A stretch of DNA of 63,316 nucleotides, filler included, from Collodictyon triciliatum (GCA_043381765.1; 8 parts of 8 records of this genome joined end to end with filler, not necessarily neighbours in it); one strand, 5' to 3'; numbered from the whole stretch's first letter, positions 16,987 to 31,652 are shown. Notes: generated by a model not told the origin, from the letters alone. Numbers and translations: made by a program.

Positions 16987-19900
16987 ATGGCAGACAGCGC
17001 TGAACCCGTGGAAGTGAAGGAGCCTGTTGTCGTCGAGGAAAACTCTGCCGCAGGCGCCGGTGACGAGCCCAAGGAAAAGAGCAAAGCCCAACTCAAGAAG
17101 GAGGCCAAGTTGCGTGAAATCCAGGCCAAGAAGGAGGCGGCTGCAGCAGAGCAGGCCAAGAAAAGTGAGGAGCAACAACGCAAGAAGCTTGAAGAGGCCG
17201 CTGCTATCACCATCCAGAACAACCCCGATCTTCCCTCTCCGATAAAGGTTATTATTCCAAATGGTTCTTTTTGTCATACACTTGTATTTTCTTCTTTTTC
17301 TTTTTTTTAATATACATGATATGTTTCGCTCTGTTCTCGTTTAAGCTATAGTGAGCCACAGAAAAAAATCATTTAAAAAGCAAGAAATATGCAGATTTGA
17401 TACAAGCAAAGTCATGTTTATTCTATAACCATATCTCTTGTAGATTAAAATCCGTCAAGCTGTGACTGTTGAATTCACAGACAAGCGCGTCAAAGTTTAT
17501 GGGTGGGTGCATCGCCTTCGCCATGACGGAAAGAGCCTTCTCTTCGTTGTACTCCGTGATGGCACTGGATTTCTGCAGGCTGTACTCAGTGGGAACCTGG
17601 TTTGAGCTCCTCTCATGATTTTCTGCTACCACACCAACATCCAATTTGTTTCCCTCTAGTTTTGTGAATACATTCCTCTATATCTCTGCTGGGTCTACTT
17701 TACACAATTGTCATCAATAGGAAACACCACTTCTTATTTTCTTTCCTCTTCCCAAGAAATGACTAGTGCATATATCACTTGCAGCTCGATCTAAATAAAT
17801 TCATAACCTTATCATTCAGGCAAAGACGCTCAACGCCATTCAGCTTCACCGTGAGGCCTCTGTGGCCATTTACGGTAACCTGAAGAAGGATGAAAGAGCC
17901 GAAGGTGGATATGAGATCCAGGCTGACTTCTGGGAGCTTATTGGGAGCTCATCTGAAGAGTTGGAGAACAGACTCAACCAGGTTTGAACGGTCATGTGAT
18001 CTGCCTCCTCCATACTCCATATGAAATATTAAATGTCATCTGAAAGGCCCTCTTTCATCATGCTCATGTTCCTCCTCTCACTTTATCATTCTTAATGCTA
18101 TTGTTGTCATTTGTGTGGTAATTTTAAGCAATAAAACCAATATCGCCGCAATACAAGCAATTGAAAGTATCAAGAAGAAATCACCAGTATTCTGTATTTA
18201 CTCTAACAGGAATCTTGACCTGAGACCATGTTTGATAACAGACATTTGGTCATTCGTGGAACCAAGGCCAGTCAAATCATGCGACTCCGGTAGGCAGCAA
18301 ACCTTTCTCATTTATCACGGGCGACTGAATTCAATATTATCTCTTCTTCTCTCCTCTTTCTGCTAATGCGCTCTGCCCATCAATACCAACCTATCTCCTC
18401 TCATAGTTCCATCGTCACCCAGTGCTTCCGTAAGCACTACTTTTCTTGTGGTTACACGGAAGTGACTACTCTCATCCCTTGTGCAAACCCAGGTCGGTGA
18501 TGGCTCCACTCTATTCAAACTCAAGTACTTCGATGAGGATGCAAGATTTGTAATTTATTGTGAAGCACAGTTATCCAGGTGCATTTTTCTATGCTTTTTG
18601 ATTCGGAATCATATCGGGTTCTATGAAAAAAAGTCATAACCGTGAACCATACAGGCCTATCTTACTCAATCGTCGCAACTCTATCTGGAAACATGCATCC
18701 CCGCTGTTGGTCGGTCTTTTGTCTATATTTCTTGGATTGTGGTACAACCCACGAGCGTACGAGTTTTTTCATTTGCCAATTTTTTTTATTAATAAATTCA
18801 TGATTTAGGTGATTGTTTCTGTATCTGGCCTTCTTTCTGAGCTGAGAAGAGCCGCACACGTCGCCACCTGAGTGAGTACACTCACGTTGAGGCTGAAATG
18901 CCATTCCTTACTTTCGAAGAGCTTCTTGATGGAGTCGAAGATTTGGTATTTAGCTATTGCTCCCTAAGTCATAGAATTATATATATAATAATCAAATTTG
19001 AAAACGAAAAGACATCCATTTCCCTTGTATATTTGTTTCACTTCTCTCGGTCTCTTTTCATAATCTCAAATGTTTAACTACTGTACTAAATAAAATCTTT
19101 TCATTTTCTTTAAGGTTGTTGACATTTTTGAAAGAGCCATCGCCATGGCTGGTGAGCAGATTCGCGCAGTCAACCCTGGATTGGTACGTTTTTCATATAT
19201 CTTATTATTTCTAAACTAATTAAGCGTCATTTCTCCCCTTTTCTCCACGTATGTGCCCTCAATCATCACTGAGTGATGAAAACTCAATCACCAATATCAG
19301 TATCAAAAGATGAGGGTTTCTATTCCTGTAGCTTTTTTTTCTATGGACTTTATATTTTACTCTTACAATTCAGGACTCTATCATCCCGAAACGCCCGTTC
19401 ATGAGAATGAAGTACGGCGATGCCATCAAATACCTTAGAGAACACAACATCTACAAGGATGATGAGACCAAGACATTTTATGAGTTTGGCGACGTACGAA
19501 TTTTTAGCACTTTTAAGTCGATTGTTTTTTTCTGGTTCCTATTCCAGTATTTATTTTTTTTTTTTAAAAAAAAAGAAACATCATCAAATTTTGGTACGCA
19601 GGACATCCCCGAGAAACCCGAACGCCAGATGGCTGATGAAATTGGAAAGCCAATCCTCCTTTACGGGTATTGCCAACTTTCTCCCCAAAAAAGAAAGCTT
19701 AATGATAGTTCAAATATCAATCACGATACTCTCCACATAAAATTGAAAGACTTTTATTTATTGCACCATTATCACCAAAGATTCCCAGCACACTTGAAAT
19801 CTTTTTATATGGAGAGAATCCCCAACGACCCCGAAGATGCCACTGAGAGGTTTTTATATGTATTCGTTACTACTCTATGTAAATGAATATACATAATAAA

Positions 19901-20658
19901 CGCTATCGAGGGCTATTAGACACTGTTTAATTATTCACCAACTCATTATTGGTAACTTAATGCGACCAAATGCCTGTCTGTAGCGTCGATCTTCTGATGC
20001 CCGGTGTCGGTGAAATTCTTGGTGGAAGCATGAGAATGTGGGATTCTGTAAGTGCCAATTAAAAGTTAAATATTGGGGATAAGTCAAAAAAGAAAGAATT
20101 TAATCATCCAGTTGCCAAACGATACGCTATTCCCCTCTTGGAGTCAAAAGAAGAAAAAAAAAGGAAAAGAAAAAGAAAGGGTCTACAATCTCTCTGGGTG
20201 TCTTAATCGAGAGACTTTCTCTTCAAGTCGTGACATCTGACCCTCAACTCACAGGCGAAGATTCTGGAGGCCTACAAGACCGCTGGCATCGACCCGACGC
20301 CTTACTACTGGTACACCGACCAGGTTTTTGTCTTTGTTATTTCACCCACCATGTCGATGTCTCTTTTTATTATTTTGACCAGTGAATTGTGATATTGCGA
20401 GCGGGTTGGATTCTAGGTAACCCGCACACACGGCAATAGCATAGAAAAGGGTCTCCTACACGTTTTCTTTTACGGTGCACTTTTGACCTTCTATGCATTA
20501 ACCATCAAGCTGTCTCCACTCTCTAGCGTAAGTTTGGGTCTGTTCCGCACGGCGGCTATGGCCTTGGTCTGGAGCGATTCCTGACATGGATGCTTGGACA
20601 AGACCACATCCGCAACGTCTGCCTCTATCCGCGCTACCTGGGACGCTGCAAGCCTTAG
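16987..20658 (+). CDS. NARS1: Cytosolic asparaginyl-tRNA synthetase, 14 exons; disrupted as assembled (2 in-frame TGA and 1 frameshift)
   Basis: Spliced motifs [104 protein letters not shown] and [11 protein letters not shown]. Lesions at 18216-18218, about 18468-18474, and 18838-18840. Confidence 0.93.
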
Positions 20659-20947
20659 TGCAAGTCACACCGACACAGGCGCAGATGCACGCAGACCCAC
20701 GGAAACACAGGGAGAAAGAGAGAAGCTGCTTGCAAAGATGCATCGCAATCACATCGCATCCATCCGCGACAACACAGTAGCACATGGCAAGAAAATAGGA
20801 TACTCACACAAATTCACAATAAAATTGCGAGAAAAAGAAAAGAGAATTGTTTAGGTCGATTTATTCATTAATCAGCATATCAAAGTTTGTTGATTTTATC
20901 TGGAGCGGGTCACCGCACCACTTCGTTTCTTGGGCTTTTATATTATT

Positions 20948-23437
20948 CTAATAAGTGCGAGGATATCCCTGCCTTCGCAACCCCAGAATGACATGTGAGT
21001 CTTGCCTTTGCGAATCCGTCGATAATATATTCTGTCGACTCAAAAGTAAAGGATAAATACACACAGATGATGCGTTCTTCTGTCTGCGATTGTGTGCTTG
21101 TAAATTAGGGTATGCAACATGCAAAGGTGTTGATGTGTTTGAATGCTCCATTGCAGGGCCGCTGTTTTGGGCGGGAGCGTGAGAGGATTGTGAAGAGTGC
21201 TTGGCTCACAAACCCTCCCACAGGCAATCACCACGGGTTTTGCTGCAGAGTCGGTTTATTCTTCATGCTTGCAAGAAAGGCTTACATAATTATGGATTAA
21301 TTATTATCATTATTTTTTTTTAAAAAAAGGAATAAGAATCATAATAATAAGAAGAAAAAGGGTAAAAGCGCTGTGGGGAATGGGACCAAATGAATCACGA
21401 AGAGGACAAACTTAATGCATGTTATTATTTGTTTTGGATTATAAAATTAGCGAACCAGGAGACAAAGGGACGGAATACGCAAAGTGCAATTCATATTCCC
21501 TTTGTCGCCCAACTTCTTTCATTTCTCCTTTTTTTTTTCTTCTCACTTTTCTACTTGTTTTTTTTTCTCTCTAAACAGGCTCACATGACGACCGTAAAAT
21601 ATGGAAGCATGTGAGTTTCTCTGTTTGAGTAGAATCAGGCTGTCTGCCAAGTGGAAATAAGTTGTGCACCCAAATGTTAAAAGAAAAAAGAGAAAAAGCA
21701 TAAGGAAAAAAGGAAAGAAGGGAAAAAAGAAGGGAAAAGGAGAAAAAAGGGGGAAAAAGGGGGGAAAAAAGGGGGAAAAAAGGGGGAAAAAAGGGGGAAA
21801 AAAGGGGGAAAAAAGGGGGAAAAAAAGAGGAAAGTAAAGAGGGAGGAAATGATGACTGCGTTGTTGATGGGCTAGATTGACCATCGCAGGAACTGCCTAC
21901 TGCAAACTTTCATGAGGCACGGGTAAATTACGAGGAGACTTTGGTTGCCCATATGTTGGTCTCTGATCCTCAGCATGGACACCTGCATCATCGTCATCAT
22001 CCGACCGAATATCAACCTCATCGTCATCCTCATCATGTGTCTCTGAATGATGGAGGTGTTGATGACTACGGTGAAATGGCGGGTTCTGTGAGGGGTGGTC
22101 TGCAGACACAACACTGCGAAGTCCAAATTCCTCTAGGTTTGCATCTTCCTCCACGATTTCCAGGCCGCTTTCAGCCAATCGACGCCCGCTGGCTGCCTTC
22201 CACGCGGCTGGGTCGGTGTGCACATTGAGAGTCCCAACAACGGGAGACGCATCGAGGATTGTGTGGACAGACGACTGCGACATTCCTCGCTTCCTGTTGG
22301 GGTCGTCAACAGCGTGGCTGGCATGCAGACTCTGCGGCTCCTCGGCTCGAGGCTAATGAATTCCAGAGGAGAGGTTGGGATGAAGCGGTGAAAGAGATGA
22401 AAGAGATAAAAGAGATGAAAGAGATGAAAGAGATGAAAGAGATGAAAGAGATGAAAGAGATGAAAGAGAGGAAAGAGAGGAAAGAGAGGAAAGAGAGGAA
22501 AGAGAGGAAAGAGAGGAAAGAGAGGAAAGAGAGGAAAGAGAGGAAAGAGATGAAAGAGAGGAAAGAGATGAAAGAGAGGAAAGAGAGGAAAGAGATGAAA
22601 GAGAGGAAAGAGAGGAAAGAGAGGGAGGAAAGAAAGAGATGAAAGAGATGAAAGAGATGAAAGAGAGGAAAGAAAGAGAGGAAAGAGAGGAAAGAGAGGA
22701 AAGAGAGGAAAGAGAGGAAAGAGAGGAAAGAGAGGAAAGAGAGGAAAGAGAGGAAAGAGAGGAAAGAGAGGAAAGAGAGGAAAGAGATGAAAGAGATGAA
22801 AGAGATGAAAGAGAGGAAAGAGATGAAAGAGATGAAAGAGGAAGAAATGAAGGGAAAAGAAAAGGAGAAAAGAAGTGACTAGTTCAGTGGCGATTAAATA
22901 GACACATTAAATATATAGTATGCATGATACATATGCGATGATATTAGATGCAAAAAAACAAAAACAAAAACAAAAACAAAAAAGATTTGAAGCAGCCAAG
23001 CGAATGCGCACCGAGTCAGGGATGTCCGGGGCCGCGGTGGCATCGATGTCGAGGGAGCCGTGGGTCACATGGGCGGCGGCGTGGTCGAGCCAGCGCTGGA
23101 CGCGCCTTGTGAGGACAATCTGGGGCGTGGAGTGCTGCAGCAGGGCCTGGATGCAGTCGAGCCAGAGATGCGCGTCGGCGGCAGGCTCGAAGTAGCGGTT
23201 GCTGCTGGTGGGGTGGACGAGGCAGAGGCAGTGCGGGTGCTGGCGGAAGCGCGTGGCCTCCTTGATGACCGCCAGGAAGTCGCGCAGGGCCCAGTGTCCG
23301 CGCGCGTCGCTGTGCTCGTCCTGCGAGAAGACGACCCGGTCGAACGTCAGCCGCGCGTACCGCTTCTTCCAGCCGTGCAGCCGGCTGCCCCGCTTGTCCA
23401 CCCACCCCTCGATCACAAGCTCTGCCTGCTCAGCCAT
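20948..23437 (-). CDS. N-terminal PH-domain protein with an acidic low-complexity tail
   Basis: Exon 1 reads EGWVDKRGSRLHGWKKRYARL...WLDCIQALL, a PH signature. Exon 2 (about 22353-21901) contains ORF 21897..22283. The 3' exons and stop are tentative. Confidence 0.75.
22390..22842. repeat. 9-bp tandem repeat (GAAAGAGAG/GAAAGAGAT)n in a PH-gene intron
   Basis: Seen directly; the two variant units are interspersed. Confidence 0.95.
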
Positions 23438-23460
23438 TCTGCACCGCGTCTCTGTTGGGG

Positions 23461-23675
23461 AGAAGGGAAGAGAGAGAAAAGAGAAAAGAGAGAAAAAAGA
23501 GAGAAAAAAGAGAGAAAAAAGAGAGAAAAAAGAGAGAAAAGAGAGAGAAAAAGAGAGAGAAAAAGAGAGAGAAAAGAAGAGAGAAAAAGAGAGAAAAAAG
23601 AGAGAAAAAAGAGAGAAAAAAGAGAGAAAAAAGAGAGAAAAAAGAGAGAAAAAAGAGAGAAAAAAGAGAGAAAAA
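23461..23675. repeat. Purine-only (AAAAAAGAGAG)n-like repeat at a contig end
   Basis: Seen directly. Confidence 0.9.
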
Positions 23676-23847
23676 NNNNNNNNNNNNNNNNNNNNNNNNN
23701 NNNNNNNNNNNNNNNNNNNTTAATTAATTAANNNNNNNNNNNNNNNNNNNNNNNNNNNNNNNNNNNNNNNNNNNNTTTTTGTTTTTTTTTTTTTGTTTTT
23801 TTTTTATTATTTTCTCAAACATTTAAAAAAAACATAATATATTACAG

Positions 23848-26800
23848 GAACTGGTATCATCGTTGGTTGTTTCGGATATTTTGTCTCTTGTTTTACGGCA
23901 TTACGATGGAGCAAATATGCCAGATGACATTTCATCACAGCTGTCTCAAGTGGCTTTTTCAATTTTTCGGCCGAATCCTTCCAAGTACTCGAATAGTCTA
24001 ACAAACCCTCCTTTTCAAAAGAAAATGCATTTTGGGATGATCACATAAGAAAGTTAGATTCGATGTTTTCATCTAGGTGATTTGGATGGTAATCGAATAT
24101 TTGTGTGAATAGGAAGGTCAACTCTGCCTCCTTGAATAACCTTCGTAACCTTGTTATGGACCAATGGGCAGTTGTTCTCAGCCGAATAGGAAGAAAAAGG
24201 TTGAGAATATTATTCGTATTCATTGAGCGATACATTAATCTTATCGCCCTTGCTAATTAGAAGCTCCGGTGCAAACCCCCATCCTTAGTGCTTTAACTGG
24301 AAACGACTTGTTATCACTAAACTCTATGGTAAATATAGACCCGGTGTTATTCTACCCATATTTCATGAGAACATCGATCCGAAAGGGAAAAAGACTGTAG
24401 AGGACATGGAGAGCATCATTCGGGGGACTCGATTCATATCAATCGATGTATGCAGACTTTTTTTTTATCCTTTTTACTAGGCTATGAAGAATATATATCC
24501 TTACCTTCGCTCTAAAAATTTACATACTTTACATGAACAAAATAAAAAAGAACCCATCACAATGACACCATCATAAAGTCAATTTAATTTATTCATTATA
24601 GATAAATCCTCATGAGAATCTGAGAATACTAGACACTTTGATCAGAACACATCTTGGGTTGTTTGAGTCCCAGAAGAAAACTAGCATCAAGATTGCCCAA
24701 ATAGAATGCATCGAAAATTTATTTTCCAATATAGATTTCTCCCAGAGCTCGACAATCCCCATCCTGGGAGAAATTTGGAATAAGGTATGCTTAGTTGGAC
24801 GATGTCAATTGATCATTTGAATTGTTTGATGAGATACTTTATGATATCCTGTTGTTTTGCTTTAAATGGCTTCACTTGCGAAAAAGATACAGCCAACGTG
24901 CTTGGCTAAAAAAAATTTCTAGGTTCAGATCATATATACGACAATTGTCGGTTGGAGCAAGACTGAGGAAATTAAAAATCCACGAGTTCGGGGACTCGCC
25001 TCTATTCTCGCTGTGGCTCCATCTAATTTTTTTGATGAAAACTTTGGAAAATTCCTCCAGAAATATGTGTTCACACAGGTTTGTTCCTAAAGCAGTTCTT
25101 GTATCCTCTGTCATATCCCATAAGATATCACGATAAGTTGACGCTTTTCGATTCTCTCGTCTGTTGCAGATACACAAGGATAAGAAGAGAGATACTTGTC
25201 TGTGGGCCATATTGAGATTACTCCGAGGCGTCCACTATGGAGAATATGGCTGGACTCCAGAAAGTGATACGTCTCAGGTTAGCTGAATATAATAAATGGT
25301 GTATTCCTGTAAAATTAAACTGATATATTTCATTCCATACCAATTATTTATGATAAAATATCATTTCATAAAGTCGCTATTTAAATCAATTCACCTTGTC
25401 GTAATGTAAGAATGGTAGATTGTTTTCAGCCACGATGAGAGATGCTGACCGACCAAATGTCATTTTCGAGAGGCTCAGAATCATAACTGAAAATTTATTC
25501 GTACCAAAAACACGACTTAGCATACCTCATTTAGTTGACTGCTCTAGTTTGTGTGTGCAAATACTTTTACAACTCTCAGCCCACAGGTATACCTTGCTGA
25601 CGATGAACATTCAAAAAAAAGAAAGGCGAAGGAAACGAGAAAAATACATTGACCAAAAAAAGAAGAAGAAGAAGAATCGAATACATTAGATTATGGGAAG
25701 TGAGAAACAATTCGTATACTCATAGATAAATCCACTCTTGATAGTATTGAGTATTCCTTGAAGCAAGTACTGCCAGCACTATTCATCGATAAAGTGAATT
25801 CTCCTGAATATGCAATTATTGGACTCAGCACTTTGCGAATGATGCTGGATGAGTCTACAGGATTTCGTCGGTTCGCTCAAAACACGCCTTTGAATCGAGC
25901 GAGTTTTGAAAAGCAGGTGGAGGCTTTAGAAATCCAAATACCAAAACATGATAATGATGGAATTTTGAGAACATGTCATGTAATCGTATATGTTAAGGAT
26001 TTTCCTCAAACGCCCTGAATCCAATGGAAAAATCTTACTCTAACAATCTCATATTCAAATTCAGTTCAAGGACATACCAACCCTTTTTTCATCTACTGTG
26101 ATGAATTTTTACAACGCTTGTGAAGAAAGAGTCGGTGCTGTTCTTGGAGTGTCTGATGACCTTTTGACGTTTCAGTTATATTCAGATGTATACTTTACAA
26201 TATCAATTCAATATGAAAGTACAATAATTGGTTCATGGCAGAGTTCAAACATGTCTGTTGCACAATTTTTGTTTGAAACCTATTTATTACATATATTAAT
26301 TTGAATTTTTGTAGAATATTACCAAAGAATTCAAAAAGAAGCCCATCAGAATCGACCGTACTGTGTGGCTTGAATGCTTTAAAGAGATATTTCGAATTTT
26401 ACCTTATGTATGAATATTATATTGCATCTTTTCGCTATTGAACTTTTCGATTTGCATTTCAATATCTACTGCTGATATCTTATCAACCACTTGATATTAG
26501 ATACTTCCAGCCGACTTAACCGAGAAGTATAACGAACCCAGCGCTTTTTTTGGGCAACATGTCATTCATTTTGATGAAGAGCTGGCTTATCTATGTTCCT
26601 ATGCTGTACAGATGATTATGGTTCTTTCTCCCAATCATAGATCTACGATGGTCCAGGTCCATACTTTCATATGAATCTTGAATCTTCATGTGGAATAATG
26701 ATGATGAATCGTCATGGAAAGTCCTCTCTTTTCTTTATGGAACTAAGATATTTTATTCTGCAACCTAGGGTTTTATCACGCAATTGTATGCAAAAAGTGG

Positions 26801-29800
26801 TTCTTTCCGTCCGATTACTTTGCAAACAGTTTTATCACAACTTTGTGGTTTGCTGGATTTCTGGATTGTACTGCTTATGAAGGATCAACATACTTTCAAT
26901 AGTCTTCTTCCTGTAGAATCCTGGATTGTTAAGGCAGGCTATAACCTCATAGACTATTCATTTTTTTATTGTTTCATTTATCTATTTTTATTCATTTTTG
27001 TTGTTGTTGTTTCATTATTCCTTATATTATCTTATCTTTGAATCGAATAAAGGAAAAATTAAAAAAATACACTTAAAATACAGGCTGATTCTCTATCGCT
27101 CTCCCTCCTTACTGACCCGAATCCTCAAATCCGCAACCTTGCTGTTCAAATTCCAAGGCTGTTTAGATTCTTAGAGAATAGTTTCCATCAAGTCAGCAGG
27201 TAATATAGTCATTACGCTTTTCTTCCTCACAATATTCGATGTAATTCATTGATTCATTTATTTATATCATTATTTGGCCTCTTTTTCTCAAAATTACAAA
27301 CCCACTCTTCCTACACCTGAAAGATCCCGCCTTGACCAATCGGGAGACCGAGCCAAACTCAACACTGGCACAAAGTATTTATTTTTTAAAGACACTTTAT
27401 GCTGAAGTATATATGAAAGATGTAGCTATGTTCAGCATATATCTTTTTTAACAAATAAAAATTGTCTGAAGACTGTCGGAGTTCTTCGAAGAAAGTGCAT
27501 CTGAAATTAGTTTAAAAGCTGGAACTCGAATTGGATTGGATGCATTGGAAGGCTTATCACAGCTTTATTCTCAAGTAATGATTACTAGTATCATATAAAT
27601 GGAATTTACATACAATCTAAGAGTTATAAAATGGGCTAACAATGCCATCTCTTTGATTTTGAAACAAAAAATCGACTAGGTTCCACTTCGACCTCAGAAA
27701 ATGAATCTCTTCGAAACCCTGAAAGGAGATGGTGTGGAATCTTGGACATACTGCCTTCAAGAGATTGGAAATATGCTCGTTGAAAAGGTTAAAAAAAAAA
27801 AAGTCCATTTTATTTTTATACTCAAAAATTGAATTCTTATTCAATCCCTGCTTATGATCTTTCAATACAGGGAACATATAATCCGATTTTGGCGCAACTC
27901 CGTACCTTACTACGGCAAAAAATCGAAAGCCTCAATCCCACAATTCACTCAATTTTGATTGAAGAAACATCGGAATATCCACGACAATCTTTTTATGAAC
28001 CTGGTTGGTATCGTTTGCATAATGCACTTCTATCTCACAATCTGTCATATCCTACCCCATCATTTGTATGATTTCTGACAAAAGTCAATTGGATGTATCT
28101 TAACTACTAATTTCATAAAAATAATAATAATTAGTTATTGTTCTCTGGAGAAATTGTAACGTGTTCCTGTTTTCTATATCCGGATACATGACACTTGATA
28201 AGGTTCATCTGCAAGAAAAAAAATGACAATATTGTATAATAAATTCCAACCATGTCACGGATTAAAAAAGTTGCTGAATTATATAGGAAAAAACATCTGT
28301 CAATAGCAATCGACCGAATGCAAGAATAGAAGCAGATGTTGACATCGGAACGATTACATCCCACTCAGAGGCTGCCCTGGGGTATCTTTGGCCAGTGTGT
28401 TTTTATATTTGAAACCTTCCAACAAATATAAAGGCTTCCAATTGCAAATTACTAAATACAATTGGAAAAAAGATTCTTAACCAAGACATATCCTGGGCTC
28501 GTGACTCGATTGTTGTCTGCATGAAAGCCCTTCACTGGAAGAGCATCGGAAACACTTTTGAATCCCTGCAGAAATGGTAAATATTCTTGTTTATTATTTA
28601 CATATTCACAATGAACTATTTCGAAATTTCTTCATTAATCGAAAGAAAAAAGTGTTTAAATTCATTATTGTATCGAAGGGCTTCTACGGCTGATAAACGA
28701 GATAACAAGAAAAAGCAAAAAGCCCGAGCAGATGTTGCAAAGATTGTTCGGTCAGTGCGTTCATTTTATCAACAACAATTAAGTGAATGCATGCTAACAT
28801 TTAAAGCAGCGGAATAGCCTCCAACCCGGGATTCCGGAATGCCATTCGATCGAATGCCAATCTGTTAAAGAACATCATACAGTTTATCGTAGAAACAGAA
28901 AATATGATCGTCATACCTGAGAAGCTCCCTACTCTCTCGACATCAAAATCTGACTCCATGTCACCAAGAGGGACGCTGTCCTTTATGGCCAAGACGTACT
29001 TTTCCACGCCCCAGGCAGAACTGGATCATTTTTTGGATCACGCATGCCTGATACATCACTTGGCTTGTGCCTTGAATCAACCCACACCAAGCTATATCAA
29101 AGGCCACATTCGACGCACCTTGAATCAAAGCATCGACGGAAATATTTGGTCACAAAGTGATCGATTTCGCTCCTATAACATCCTCAAGTCTTGGTCTGGT
29201 CATGGAACGACAGCGTCCACAAGATTGGTTCGATTTACTTTTGAAAATAATACAACTTTAACATTCATTTATTTCTTTGGTTATCATCATGGAGACTCCA
29301 GACATATCGTAACTATTTTGTTCGTTGTAAAGAAAGTGTGATGCTAGCAAGGGATAGGACATAATGTACAATATTTACATTGTTTTGTTGTAGGCTCAAG
29401 ATAAAGCAGAACTAATGAAAATGGAAAGTAAATCTGGAAAGGATTCTCGTCGACAAGAGAAGAAAGAGGACTTTGAAAAGACAATCATGTTAGTAAGGGT
29501 TGCGTCCCATTGCGCGGTAGAGTCTCTCTTCCATTTGGATTTCATATTCTGCCCAAAGAAGACATCACTCGATGACCATGAAATGATTTGGTATTTAACC
29601 GCAGTAAGTATATTTTTCCCTTTCTGAGATGATTCAAAATCAATAGTCATATTTCTTGTTCGGATACCAAGTCATCAAAATTCGATGTTACTTGCAGGAA
29701 AAGTATGGGTATCGCATATTGAGACCCCTTCTGTGCTTCAATTTTGACTCTCTCTTACAAGCCTTTCTGGATTCAACCTATTTGTAATGTTCTAAATATT

Positions 29801-30286
29801 ATTTAAGCTATTCATCCTTTAAAAGAAAAAAAGAATTAGAAATAAATATATACCAAAGTCGTATATTTCGCTATTAATAAAAAGAAAAACCTTACAATAC
29901 CACTGCTCTGTATTCAGGAGAAAGTCAGAAGGGGACTCTATCTTTTTCTTCGATGCGATATGTGACCAATACCTCCCGTTTGCGATGCTATCAGAGGCAC
30001 CCCCATTCGATGATTCCGTTCGACTTTCAAATCATTTGCGTCAACTTTCATTTACTGTGGCCTCTCTGGAAAAGATATCGCGTGAGGAGCCATCGAAGCA
30101 TGACTTGGAGTTTGCCAATAAAACATTCGAATGGGCCGGGCCTCTTTTAAATATGGGTTTGTAATTTGGTGGAGAATTTTGAACACGCATATCTTCAACA
30201 CATACATACATACATACATACATACATACATACATACATACATACATACATACATACATACATACATACATACATACATACATACA

Positions 30287-30318
<32 letters not shown>

Positions 30319-31652
30319 CAAAATAAACAAATAAATAAAAGTAATAGCAATACGATTCAAAAAATACTCATATTGTTGCATGCATTATTTCATAGCGATG
30401 TTCAATTTGAGGCATCGATCGCCTGCTGTACGCTCTCGAGCGTTTCTTCTGATTTACAAAGTAACACCGACCGTATTTGGGAAAGATGCAAATGAGAAAA
30501 AGGGGATTCATTTTCGTGTGAATTTGGATGGCTATAAGGTTCAATTTGTTAACAGAATATGCGTGATACAATCTTGTGATAACCTTGGCACTTTCGGACT
30601 TATTTTGCATAAAATAGGAGTGCTTTTCGTCCAGCCTCAGTACAACCCTGAAAGCAAATGCGTTGAAAATATCAGAACTTTGCACAACCAGATGTGGGAT
30701 TATTACAGAGAGACTTTTCACAGAGGCATTCAAGCGACTGCAGTGGGTTATTTAAAATAATCATTATTGATTAGAAATGAAATCATCATACGGGGCTGAC
30801 TTTGGCCCGTTACTTCAAATATATCAGGAGTGACATCAGCACCCAGGCCAAGAGATGGATACTAGAGTACCTCGTACCATGGTGTGATAATATATCGCTT
30901 GGAAGCGGGCTGATGGTAAGAAAAATATTCGAAACGTCTCCTTGAGTGTGACTCCTTCATAACATGGTTCAATACAAGCTGTGTCATTTTGCAGACATAA
31001 AGTTTTATTCTAAATGCTATGGTTGGCAACCAAAAAGAAATATGCCTTCAACATTTGATACTTGTCTAGGCTGAATACACTCCAGAGCGATTTTTGGGGA
31101 GATTATTCGAACTATCTGTCAGTAATTCAAACTCGGGTCTTATGACCGAACTAATTGCTTTGTGGACTCGCCTTGCAAGACCTCCCAAAATCGTCACGTG
31201 CTATTTTATCTAAACAAAATCGCTTTCTGTATAGAAGAAAAAATGAAATAGCTTAGAGCCATTCTCAGTCTGATTGTATCATCTGCAACGTGACTAACAT
31301 ATTCCATTATTAATAAAGCAACGAACTGGACCAAGTATGGAGCAATCTTCAAATAATAGCAGATTTCCTTGTCAATGAAAGTTTCAAATCCACAATACTG
31401 CTCCCATTCTGTAAATCGGTAAGATTTTATGAATCTGATTTATTAAATAGATATTTACCGCATAAAACTGTTGTTCTATGTGAAAATCATATTCATGCAA
31501 CGGATTTAAAAAAATCATCAAGGTACTTCTATCGATGTACACTATATCATCCGAAGTTGTTCTGCGGTGTATCGTCAAGTACATATCCTTTACCAGCTAT
31601 GGATTTCATCCGCAGATTAACCCCGAAGCTCCTCGTAATCTTGGCTCGGCTG
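23848..31652 (+). CDS. Furry/Mor2/Tao3-like HEAT/ARM scaffold protein, internal fragment (both ends truncated)
   Basis: Many short exons splice to VMDQWAVVLSRIG, PEYAIIGLSTLRMML, HVIHFDEELAYLCSYAVQ, LTDPNPQIRNLAVQ and ILEYLVPWCDNISL, recognised as matching the FRY N-terminal and middle regions. Confidence 0.75.
30199..30316. repeat. (ACAT)n intronic microsatellite
   Basis: Seen directly. Confidence 0.95.

Noticed and set aside
18838-18840. Genome-wide UGA reassignment or selenocysteine
   Set aside because: The two AsnRS TGAs align to different residues (D-like and R) and come with a frameshift. TGA is a normal stop for the SMAP and kinase genes, Trp is TGG, and other conserved genes need no read-through.
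22390-22842. CRISPR-like or telomeric array
   Set aside because: A simple 9-bp purine tandem repeat with no spacers, inside an intron.
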